From assembly GCF_009914755.1 (NCBI RefSeq), contig NC_060937.1: a stretch of DNA of 64,000 nucleotides; one strand, given 5' to 3'. The notes beneath the pieces were generated by a model. That model had not been told where the DNA came from. It saw nothing but the letters and a program-made list of their open reading frames with translations, and did not search any database. Within the stretch, counting starts at the first letter, position 1; each line of letters begins with the position of its first letter. Of the stretch, positions 43,101-54,597 are shown in pieces. This DNA comes from the human T2T-CHM13v2.0 reference genome, Homo sapiens. A program made the position numbers and the translations under genes.

Positions 43101-44248
43101 GTTTAAATAACTGGCTATGAAGTTTGGGGAGACTGGGCTGGGAGGTACAATCTGAAGTTAATTGCTGATGTAATCATTAGTCCTTTCAATACCCAGTGGA
43201 GAAGCTGCCTCCAGGGAGATAAGCTCTCAATTAGGAGACGTGTGTGTATATCACCAGTTCTCTCTGGCATGTAACAGTTAACAATTTCTATACAGTTAAG
43301 TGGATTTAGTGAGTATCATTCTTCCAGGAGAGAAGTAAAATTTTTTTTTAAAGAGGAAAACAAAGAACAAGATTAAGAACAGTAAAAGAATAAGTATGGA
43401 AAATCTGGTAAGTAGCAAAAATCATTTTTAAGCATTTGAGGGAGAAACTGCAAAATCTGTTCAGAAGCCACACCTTCCGGCCTGTGGGACTGCATGGCTG
43501 TGACACTGAGCAACAGCTGAAGTCTTTATTCTCTCGGAGGGGAAGGAAAAAAGGAAACAACAGTCAGTCCAGGCTTGTCCACGGCTGGAAGCCTCGACTC
43601 CTGCAAACCTCCTGCAAACCGATCTCCCAGATCCTTTCTGGGCAAGCACATAACCAAAGGAAATGAAAACTAGAAAAACAATTTGTGCATGGAACAATGA
43701 CATGGAGTTTCACTTTGGTTTCATGCTCAAATATGAATGTGGTTATAATTTTTTAAAATATATATTAATAGAAGGCAACGAGTTGAGGATGGTGGCTTCT
43801 TCAAGCCGGGCGTCCAGAAGAGCCCCACTTCTGCCTTGGAGCGCGCCTTAGGCAGCAGTCGTGGGAAAGCTCAGATACAGCTGTTTCCAGGCAAAGGGCC
43901 CAGAGCTTTTCAGCCTCAGCCACCAGGGTCTCCAGACAAGGAGAAATACGCCCAAAGCTGCTCCCAGGGGCTAGGAGCTCGGAGCTCCCAGTGTGGGTCT
44001 CTGAGCAGCGCGGGGTGGGCGCTCCCGGCCCTCCAGCCCCCAACTCCCTCGCGCACCCGGGACGGGTGAAGGCGCCCAGCTGCCGAGCATACCCGCGACG
44101 CGGGTTCAAATCCCGCCGGCTCCCAGGCACCCTCACCCCGCCACAGCGCGGGCTGTTTCTCCTCCCTTCCCCGGAGGAATTCCTTAACTCTCCAGTACCC
44201 ATACCATAACAAAGGAGGCTCGGTCCACCAATGCGCGATCGTAGCCTA

Positions 44249-44622
<374 letters not shown>

Positions 44623-44747
44623 AGCGCGGCGGGCCGAGCTCCCCAATTTGTTGGCGCTGCCCCCTCCCCCCCGGCGGTGCGCGGGCGGCGCCTCAAAGGG
44701 GAGGACCCTGCGGCGCGGGTAAGAGGCGGCGGGAGCGCGCGGCCCGG
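44623..44747. promoter_or_regulatory. Shared bidirectional COL4A1/COL4A2 promoter (CCAAT box, CTC box, GC/Sp1 box; no TATA)
   Basis: CCAAT at 44643-44647, C5TC7 CTC box at 44660-44672 and GGGCGG at 44683-44688, in ~125 bp between two divergent first exons; an established arrangement. Confidence 0.95.
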
Positions 44748-44992
44748 GAGTGTGGCTGCCGTGCGCCGGGACACCAGGGCTCCGCGCTCCGCACTCAAGA
44801 GGCTGCCGCGTCCCAACCCCTTGCGCCCGCGCGCTCGCGGATCCAGGCCGAGGACCGAAAGGGGCCGCCCGAGCCCCCGGGGCCGGCGCCCAGAGAGCCC
44901 AGCAAGGCCGGCCGCCCTGCCGGTGTGCCGCCGGCGGGTGCTTCTGGAAGGGCCAATGCGTTCGGGCAGCAGCCCCTGAAGCCGAGCCCGAG
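44748..44992 (+). other. COL4A2: COL4A2 exon 1 (non-coding 5' UTR)
   Basis: gagtgtggctgc...gccgagcccgag followed by a GTGAGA donor at 44993; start approximate. Confidence 0.9.
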
Positions 44993-45085
44993 GTGAGAGC
45001 GACCCCCGAGCGGCGCCCAGACCCTGGCCCGAGAGCACCGACTTGGAGCGCCTTGTGCAGGCTAGGGCTGCACGCTCTCCTGCTT

Positions 45086-45109
45086 GGGAGTAGAAAGGGG
45101 GAGGGTGGG
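45086..45109 (+). promoter_or_regulatory. G-run cluster / inverted CTC-box-like element in COL4A2 intron 1
   Basis: GGG agtagaaa GGGGG a GGG t GGG; the complement resembles the promoter CTC box. Confidence 0.45.
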
Positions 45110-45367
45110 AGAGCGAAGACCGAGCTCCTCGGCCAAGGAGCACCCACAGGGGCCTAACGGGAGGCTCTCCTTCTTTCCGGGTCGTGGGGGGGACGGCCCT
45201 CCGGTCACCCCTGCATGCGGGCCGCGCACCGCGCTGTCCCCGCGTCTCGCGGACCGAGACCGGCGGTGAGGATGGGCTGCCTCCCTCATCCTGCGCTAAA
45301 CTCGCTTTGTCTGTCGCCTCTAGGCTAAGTGGGACTGACCGGGGCCCAGAGTGGACGAACCGCCAGC

Positions 45368-45411
45368 ATGGGGAGAGACCAGCGCGCGGTGGCCGGCCCT
45401 GCCCTACGGCG
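45368..45411 (+). CDS. COL4A2: Collagen alpha-2(IV) chain, exon 2 coding part (exon 45324-45411)
   Basis: Acceptor cctctag at 45323; agcATGG start; encodes MGRDQRAVAGPALR(R); GTAAGC donor at 45412; 44 coding nt. Confidence 0.98.
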
Positions 45412-45532
45412 GTAAGCGACTTTCTGCCTGGTCCCCGTGGGTCACGCGCGCATGGACCCTTCGGTGTAACTCTCGGGGACTGACAAGCCGGGCCCGCACG
45501 TTCACGTCTCTCTTCCTCCCTTTCCCATGCAG

Positions 45533-45587
45533 GTGGCTGCTGCTGGGGACAGTGACCGTGGGGTTCCTCGCCCAGAGCGTCTTGGCG
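45533..45587 (+). CDS. COL4A2: Collagen alpha-2(IV) chain, exon 3
   Basis: Polypyrimidine tract plus tgcag acceptor; encodes (R)WLLLGTVTVGFLAQSVLA; GTAAGT donor at 45588; 44+55=99 nt restores phase 0. Confidence 0.98.
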
Positions 45588-47168
45588 GTAAGTCCTGGCT
45601 CCCGCGCTTGGACTTGCGCGCCCGAGAGTGGTTGGGACGTTTGAGTGGCCTTGGAGAAGGCAGCTCGTCCGTGCGCTCCCGAGTGTGTGTGTGCGTGTGG
45701 ATGTTCGCCAGGCTGCCCACCAAGGTTCTGAGAAAGCTTGCTCTTCCCTCATCATGCTTTCCACCTTTCCTTCCCCTTGGGTTCCCAGCGTCAATCCTGT
45801 GTTTTGCAAGCGTCGGCCTTTCACGGGAACTGGGAACTTAAAATGTAGCCTGAGGCACCGTTTTCGTTGCTTTGGGCAAAGCTGCAGCCGTAGAGGCCAG
45901 GAAAGTGTGTCAGTCACTAGGCAGTGAGACGCCAGGCTTAGGGCGAAAAAAGTTTTCCTGGAACTCGGGAGCTGGTGGGGAGTCTCTGTCACGGACTGAG
46001 GGTTTTTTGTGTTTTTAAATGGGAGTCTCTGGGTAAAGGGGCGGGGCGAGGAGGCGAACGAGACAACCTTAGTATTGTTTGAATTGAAGCATTGCGAGGG
46101 AACAATGGCAGAAAAACCGCGTTTTCTCCCAAGTCCTGTTCCGGCCCTGGAAGAGCTGCTCCGGGCGCCACACTGGGATCCTGTTCGCCGAGCCTGCCCC
46201 TCCACGCCGGCCGTGCACAGCCCTGCCGATACCGTGGGTGCAGCTGGCGACTGCACTGCGAGGCTTTGTCCATTTTATACGTTTTGTTTAAAGAGTAGGA
46301 GCCACTTTTACTGAGCTTTATGTAACCATGGCTAAAATGAAGAGGTTTGGTAGGTGAATTCGGTGCAGGACTCAAATGTTTAGACAGGAGCTGAAAGCGG
46401 AGGGAGCTTTCGAGATGTCCGCTGTCCCTCCTCTCCTTACTGTGGCCGATGGAGTAGCCCTGCCCTGTGGCAGCCGGGGCCCAGGTGGATTCCTCCTGGG
46501 AACGACCCCTCCCTCCTCAGCGCGCGCTGTGCCAGAGCAGTACACAGGTACAAAGGGCAAACGTGTTCATGATTTCATTTGAATTCTGTTGTTTTTACAT
46601 CGTTCTGCCCTGATGTAAAACAAACCAGGATTTTAAAGGCAGTGAGTGATGAGGAGCTACTCCCACTTGGGGAAGAGCTGCTAACTTTACTTTTCCGCTG
46701 CTGTTGGTTCCGGTTCAAAGCTCGGTTTGGGAAGTAAGAGGAGGACTCGGAGACTTTGACCAGAGCACTCCAGGCCAAAGTTTTCTTCCAGTTCAGGTCT
46801 GTCTCTTCGTCCCAGCCCCGACTTAAGATCAGAACCTAGATATTTGAACTAGCCCAGTGACCCTGTGAATTCTAATGCACAGGTCTGTACTGCATGTAAG
46901 ACTTGGCTCAGATTTATGAACCAGAAGCAATGCATGCACGCGCACGCACGCACACTCAAAGAAGGGGGCGATCCCTAGAAAATACCACATCGGGCTGTGT
47001 GTGCTTTGGTTGTGCTGCCACCTGCACCCCTTTGTCCCTTAGAGCCACTTTTATAATTTCCATATGTTCATGCCTAAGGATGGTGGGAGTCCCAGGTATT
47101 CTTTTCTGAACTCATCCTAAAATTGGTAGAAAGACCACCAAGCACCTAGGTCTAAAGATCTAGGTATT

Positions 47169-47480
47169 AGCCTGGGCATGGCGGCTCACGCCTGTAATCT
47201 TAGCACTTTGGGAGGCCGCGGCCTGTGGATTGCCTGAGCTCAGGAGTTCGAGACCACCCTGGGAGAAACACAGTAAAACCCTGTCTCTACTAAAATACAA
47301 AAAAATCAGCCGGGCTTGGTGGCGCTTGCCTGTAATTCCAGCTACTCAGGAGGCTGAGGCACAAGAATTGCTTGAACCCAGGAGGCCGAGGTTGCAGTAA
47401 GCCGAAATAGCACCACTGCTCTCCAGTCTGGGCGACGGAGCAAGACTCTGTCTAAAAACAAAACAAACAAACAAAAAAAA
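47169..47480 (+). mobile_element. Full-length AluS
   Basis: ggctcacgcctgtaatcttagcactttgggaggcc...gcaagactctgtct followed by a (CAAA)n tail. Confidence 0.96.
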
Positions 47481-47691
47481 CCTAGTTACTAAACATAGCT
47501 CTGCCCTAATCTCTTAAATCCAGAGCCCCAGTTTCCGTACTCTGAAGAATTACGGCTTCACAGAGGCCAAGTGCCCTAAGGCAGATAGGACACCTTTATG
47601 CCTCCCCAAAACCTCATCATTGCTGCAAGCTCACCCCCAGTCTCTTTGACTCTTTGATCTTTGGATGGCACCAAGAACATTGATTGCCCAG

Positions 47692-47849
47692 CAGAGCTTC
47701 TCAAAGTGCAGGCCCCCTAGACCCCCAGACCTAAACCCTGAAAGGCTTGTTAAGAAGTCAGGCCCCATCTCAGACCTTCAGGTCAGACATTCCAGGGTGG
47801 AGTCCGGGACTCCGCCTCCCCACATGATACCAGAATCTGGGAACCACTG
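47692..47849. mobile_element. MER5A-like DNA transposon remnant
   Basis: cagagcttctcaaagtg...ctgggaaccactg inverted termini; internal caggccccatctcagacct. Confidence 0.65.
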
Positions 47850-48239
47850 AGCTACAGTATTGGGTTGAGAGGCAGTTGAGATTACTTGCCAATTCACTTT
47901 ATTTTCCTGGGCTTTAGATTCTAACTCAACCAAAAAAATAGATATTTTTAATCATTTTACTAGGGACCTAGTAATATGTGTTGTTAAGAGACATGTAGTT
48001 TGTTACGTTCAACAAGGGGCTGGTCTTCTACTTACTCACTTCTTGGTAACCACTGGCTTTAATGGCTGTTCCTTGTGAAATAATGTTTCAATTTTCAACT
48101 GTATTGATTAAAGATTTTTCTTAATTGTGGCAAGGACTCTTTCCTGTGTAGGTCAGTTCAGGAAAAAGGGCTGCCGCCGGGAGCCCTTTGGCTTGTTTTG
48201 TTCCGGAAGCAGCTAGGATGGGCAGTGAAGAGCCTTGGT

Positions 48240-48440
48240 GATTACTTATTGGGCACTTCCTGTGTGCCAATTTGTCTGTACTAATGCTTCTAATCCTCAC
48301 AAGCAAGCACACTGATGAGCTAGGTAACTATTATTACCCCCATTTTACAGGTGAGAAAAGCCACAAAGGGTTTGCAGCCCTCGCCCAAGGTTCCTGTCTT
48401 TGTAACTGAATGAGACGGATTAGAACCCAGGCCTCTTCCT
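48240..48440 (-). mobile_element. MIR
   Basis: ttattgggcacttcctgtgtgcca...taatcctcac...attacccccattttacaggtgagaaa...cgcccaagg...ggattagaacccagg. Confidence 0.85.
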
Positions 48441-50904
48441 CCACACCGAGCTTCCCAGGGCCTGAAAGGTGGCCGGGAGGGCACTCCTGAGTTTCAGTCT
48501 TTGAGTCTCCTGGGGTGTGGGTGCTTTCTTCTTGGTCTTGACCTTGGACTAACAGTGGAGCGGGCACTGATTCCTAGGAAGGAGGCTCTCCCCCTCCTTC
48601 CTCCTCTGCTTCTCCCACTGTGAGGATCAGGGGCAGCAAGTGAAGGAGAGAAGCAAGACCCTTCCCAAAGGGAGGAAAGGAAGCCGAAATCCCACGGGGC
48701 AGCCTGGGCTCTAGACTCAGTGTGAACCCAGGTGATCTGTGTGGGCACCTCAGGACACACTCCCTGCTGTCCAAGGTGCCCTTTCTAAAGGTGCCCTTGT
48801 TTGAATGTGGTGCCAAGATGCACAAAATGGCTTCGTGTAAGGCAGTGTGACACAGGGGTCCCATCCCAGACTTGAGGCAGGTGACGGGGTGCAGTTCTCA
48901 GTCTGGTGGGCAGCTGAGGGGCTGCCGCCTGGGGCGGACATTCGCCAAGCCTCTGCGTCCTAGTTCTCCTCTCCCCCAAAACGGAGGTGTTACTCATCCC
49001 ACCCACCTCATAGATGGGGGTGCTGTGAGGTGTGTGGGTGCATGTGAAGCGCCTTGGAGGGTCTGGCACAGCCTGGGTGCCAGGAGGTATCCCCTGGGCC
49101 TGTTTAAGGGACTTCCCCTCGGCTGCCTATTCTAACCTTCATGGAGGCTTGAAAGCACTCACTGTAGCCGCTCTGAGCATTGTCACCTATCTCCAGAGGC
49201 TGGCAGCAGCCTGAGGGATCAAATATGCAGCCGGCTGGGTGGTCATCTGAGGACCTCTGGCCGGGACCTGGGGCCACAATAGACGTGGGTTCACGTAGGC
49301 ATCAGTGCGGGGCCCCTGCCTGCCACCCTGCCGCTTAGTTTCCAGGCTGTCCTCGGGGCTCCAGCCCCAGGAAATTCGCCTGACCTTCCTGTTGGCTGCC
49401 ACCGCCTTCCCTGCCCTCCAGGCCGGCAGCTGCGGTGGCAAGTCCTTTCCGAAGGCTTTGGTACAGGGAGGAGAGGTGTTCATGCCGCACGAGGCCCAGA
49501 GCTTTCTGTAAGGATCGGGAAGGACAATTCTTTCCTGCATTTCCTGGAGCTGAAGCGCTATTGCTCAAAACATGGCCCTCTGAGAAGAAGGGAAAAGCAC
49601 GGGGTTCCTCCTCTGCTCGTGGATAAACAAGCATATCTCAGCTCTCTGGAGGCTGTTAAAGTCTTCCTCCATGGGTGGCTTGTAGGACTTGGCCACGATA
49701 AATAATAGCAGAGATTTGTCAGCAGCATCCCAGAAGGAGAGGTGGGTAGGAAGGGTAAACCGAAAAGCGCAGGAGAGGAAACAGGCTCTGTACGACCAGG
49801 CGGCTATGTTTACAACCAGAGAGAGAGAGGTGAAGAGGAAAAGGTTCTAGAATAGAAAAAAGATTTTGCTAAAATAATAAAAATCAAAGAACTGTGTTTA
49901 ATTGTGTTTCTGGGGAGAGGGAAAGAAAATGGGTGTGTAGTTTAAATAATAGAGAAACTCAAGGGAAAAACTGAGTGCCATGGAGATTTAACTTTTCAAC
50001 CCTGTGTTGATAATATAATGAAGAGATCACCATCTAGAAAGTGGTTTGAGAATGTCTCATTCTTTTTATCTGAAGAAGAATGTTTGTCTTTGATTAGAGG
50101 GTTTTAGAGAAAGCTCTGAAACTGGCCTCATGCTTTGTGTCTGCTGGTGTCTACTGTGTGATCACTGCTGAAGGTAGGAGGCAATGTCTGCAACCCCCAG
50201 CCTTGGCTGATAGAGCTTGTGAATCAGGGACCAGGAATGACACAATAGTCTTGAGAGGCCATAAAGTCTAATCCAGCCTGTTGCTAACCGGGTTCTGACT
50301 TCAGGGCAAGACACTTTACGTGCTTTGGCTCTGGAGCCTGGAAGAGAATGTTGTGTGGAATGGATCTCTCAGGTGATCAACATACCATGAGTAAGTTAGA
50401 GGTCAGCAATGAGGGCTGGCCTGTGCAGGTGTGCTAAGACCTGTGAGGGTGAGCCGGGGTCTCCGCTGTGATGCTGGGGATGAGAAAGTCCTTCCAGATA
50501 AGCTCCAGAATAGAATCTATCCAGCCTGCACCAGGATATCGCTTAGAAATCAATATGCCACATGGGACTTTTTATCTTCACGGTGTCGAGAAGCTTCTGG
50601 AATCCAGTAAATATGTGACATTTCTCAGTTGAGATGAGGAAAAGGGCAGAGTTCCTGGATAGTCCCCTCTTGCTGTTTCCCTCTGGTGCCCACTCCCTTC
50701 AGTTAATGAGACCCTGTCAGGACAGGTGACGGCCTAAGTGACTCACTGCTCTTGATTTCATTGGTGGCTCCGGAGGACGGTAATTTTTATTTTGGTTACC
50801 CCTGAAAGGAGAAGGCGGCATCTAATTCTAGGAAGACTTCACAGGTGTCTCCAGTCCTGTTGATGTGGCCAGAGAGTGAATTTCAAAGGACGTGCGAGCA
50901 GCCG

Positions 50905-51071
50905 GCGTCCACCCGGCAGGCTCCCACCCCGGTGCCCCGCGTCCACCCGGCAGGCTCCCACCCCGGTGCCCCGCGTCCACCCGGCAGGCTCCCACCCCGG
51001 TGCCCCGCGTCCACCCGGCAGGCTCCCACCCCAGTGCCCCGTGTCCACCCGGCAGGCTCCTACCTCGGTGC
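50905..51071. repeat. GC-rich minisatellite, 34-bp unit x ~4.9
   Basis: Unit gcgtccacccggcaggctcccaccccggtgcccc starting at 50905, 50939, 50973, 51007 and 51041. Confidence 0.97.
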
Positions 51072-51249
51072 TGGGTTCCAGCCCCTCCCCTGTCTCCTGA
51101 GCTCCTGGCTGGCTCCTGAGTACTCTGCTTCACTGTCTTCTGTTGCCTTGGATGAAGCTGCCTTTTGAAGCAACATGCTTTTTTGTAAAACCTGCTCCTT
51201 TGAAGTGCAGCCTGGTATCCTGGGGCGGGTCCTGGGACAGAAAAGCTGC

Positions 51250-51468
51250 ACTAGTGGAAAAACTGGTGAGATTCTAGCGGAGGCTGCAGTTCAATGTGAT
51301 AATGTTGATTTCTGTACCAATGTTGATTTCTTAGTTTTCACAGAAATGTGCCATAGTTTTATAAAATGTCAATATGACATCATGATGTCTGGGTGAAGGG
51401 TATACAGGGACTCTCTGTACTATCTCTGCAACTCTTCTGCAAATCTCAATTGCTTCAGAATTTTAAAA
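51250..51468 (+). mobile_element. Ancient L1MC/L1ME 3' end
   Basis: aatgttgatttcttagtttt...tgggtgaagggtatacagggactctctgtactatctctgcaactcttctgcaaatct. Confidence 0.8.
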
Positions 51469-52576
51469 TGCTCCCAGGAGTCAGCAGCCAGTCACATTTG
51501 GTGTGCATGGGTCAGATGGACAAGTGCATGGAGAAGGCTGAAAGCAGCCAGTCTCGAATGAGCAGATGTGGGCAGCAAGAGGGAAATGTTGCTCCCATTC
51601 TTTTCTCTCATAGAGTAAGTGAACAGAAGTCTCTTCCACTTAGTGGAAAATACAGCAGAGGTAGACCCAAGCGAAGCCTGAGTAAAAGGATTTTTGTCCC
51701 CTGGCCGTGGGTGGAGTCATTTGTGAAGACGGGGAGGTTTCCCTGTGGAGTTTCTGCAGCACCACATGGGAGGCCCGGTGGAGCTGTCATGGGGCCTCTT
51801 CTTCGCTGGGGAGGGAAGTGGCCGCTCCGTTGTTTCCTGAGCCCAAGATGGAAGGGCAGGCTTGTATCACAGTGTCGCTGCAAGGACAGAAAACTGACAG
51901 TGGAGGAGCCCGGTGCTGCCCATACGCGCTCACCCCTAGGAACGCATCAGGCAGTACCCTCGTGCCCTCCTGGGCTGCACAGAATGGGAGCCCCCTTCCC
52001 GCCTGCCTAGGAAACCCCATGGGCCACAGGGACGGGCAGGTGGCAGGTGGCTGGTGGCTGGTGGAGGACTTAGGCCTCCTGCACACGTGGGTCACCTGAT
52101 AGAAAGGGACAGGCCATGGCAGTGGGATTCAGAGTCCCAGCCTCTCAGTGGCCTCAGCTTCTGTGTTAGTTAGGGGCCAAGGGAAAGGGGCCTGGAGCCA
52201 GGATGGCCAGTGGCTGTTGCCTTGCACAGTTGCCTGTCATCACCCTGCCATTGATAACTGGAAATGAGAAGCATGAGCAGAGCCGCCTCTGCCCGGCCCC
52301 TGCCAGTTCTGCTCTGCACACCCTGTCTGCACTCCAGGCCTTAGCCCCGGGGGGATAAGGATGGCCTGTCCCTTTCTATCAGGTGACCCGCAGCAGGTAT
52401 CACACACCTGCACATGGCTGGAGCCTCTGTCCTTTGCAACTGAGGCCCATTTCAGGGTCTAGCTAAAGTGTCTTCTCCACTGATAGGATTTTAAATTCTT
52501 TAGGATCGAGGATTATAAGTCATGATTGTAGCTCTATAGACTTGAAACATTTGTCTTCACCCATCATCCACTTTTT

Positions 52577-53049
<473 letters not shown>

Positions 53050-53894
53050 TAAATGATTGCAGTTAGTTGGCAGCAATGCAAGCAGATCCTTTGGATGAGG
53101 AGTACAGTCATGGAACTATTAATAAAAGAGGAGATTAAAATGTATTTATTCTTACTGTGGGTTTTTTTTCCCAAATTATCTGCTTTCTCCCACTGGATAA
53201 AACTAGCCGTATATGATGATAAAGGAATCATGGATCAGTCTGAAAGATTTGCATTTTTTCCTAGGGATTGTTTCAACCCCACCCATAGAATTCCTGTTTT
53301 GTTGCTTTTACCCAGTTCAGTGATCTCTCATGTGGGAATTAGAGAAGAATGTGTGTTTTTGAATTTCATGGACTGATTATCTGGTACCTGGTGGTAAATA
53401 TTATATAACAATATTTTTCCACATGTTGAGTGTTTTTGGATCCCTGACTGTGGAGTAATGGGACCCTGTGAGATCCAGGAAAAGGGCTTCTGTTGGTGCA
53501 CAGGGTCAGACACACGTGCCCTGGACTGCATCAAAAGCCATGGTTTGTCCACGAGAGAAAGGAGATGCCGATTGGCAGCCGTGATGCAATCATTGCAAAC
53601 TGTGTCGGGAAGGAGCATCGCAGCGATGCAGGCCCTGGAGCCACCAGCCCGGCCCTCCTTCCCGCTCTGTCCTCCCCGCCTTCCAGTGACACTGGCTCCA
53701 GATTAGGTGAAAGGAAGAGGTCCCCTGGGAGATTCTTTGTGGGATCACCAGAACCAAACCTAAGAGAGCATCCTGAAGATGCTTCCAGCATTCCAGAACC
53801 TCTCGGAGCAGCTAAAACACCCTGCGAAGAAACATAGCAAATCCTGTTTGCTGAGCCACTGGTGCTGCAAACTGCTCTAAGCCACGGATGGTTC

Positions 53895-53998
53895 ACAGAT
53901 GGGTAAACTGAGGCATGTGCAGGAAGGCACCTGGTAGGTCAATAGGAACAAAGTGGGGAGTGAAACCTAGAACTTGCCGATTCTAAAACCTCTGCTCT
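53895..53998 (-). mobile_element. MIR fragment
   Basis: acagatgggtaaactgaggca...gaaacctag. Confidence 0.6.
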
Positions 53999-54164
53999 TA
54001 ACCACTGGCTAGGTGAATAAGCCCCAGCCACAGAATATATATACACGTCAAAATACAGAAATTGTGGTACATGTAAAACATAGATATGTATATTATATGT
54101 AGAAAATATGTTATCAATCTACATGGAATATACAGACATAGATGATAGAGATAAAAGAGAGAGA

Positions 54165-54597
54165 GAACACACACATACATATGCACCCTGTACTCACACA
54201 CACACAGACACACAGATGCACACATACATGCATGCACATAGACACACAGGCACACGTAGACACACACATGCACCCAGCACACACATACAGACACACACAT
54301 GCACATATAGACACACTTGCACCCCACACACACATACAGACACACAGATGCACACACACATGCACATAGACACAGAGATGCACACATAGACACACACGTG
54401 CACCCCACACACACAGACACACACATGTACATATAGACACACTTGCACCACACTCACACATACACACAGATGCACACACACACGCACATACACATAGATG
54501 CAAATACACAGAGACACACACTTGCACCCACACACACACAGAAACACATGTACACACACATAAACACACATGCTCATGCGTGTACACACACACACAC
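54165..54597. repeat. Long degenerate (CA)n repeat
   Basis: ~430 bp CA-rich, with recurring sub-units such as gacacacttgcaccc and cacagatgcacac. Confidence 0.95.

Noticed and set aside
45351-45644. 97-aa ORF containing WLLLGTVTVGFLAQSVLA
   Set aside because: It overlaps COL4A2 exon 3 in frame by running through intron 2 and starts at GTG; the true CDS is spliced.
45588-46600. Published silencer element in COL4A2 intron 3
   Set aside because: Known from the literature, but I cannot place its sequence reliably, so it is not annotated.
50828-51168. Repetitive Pro/Gly-rich ORFs that could be mistaken for collagen
   Set aside because: Products of the 34-bp VNTR; no Gly-X-Y periodicity.
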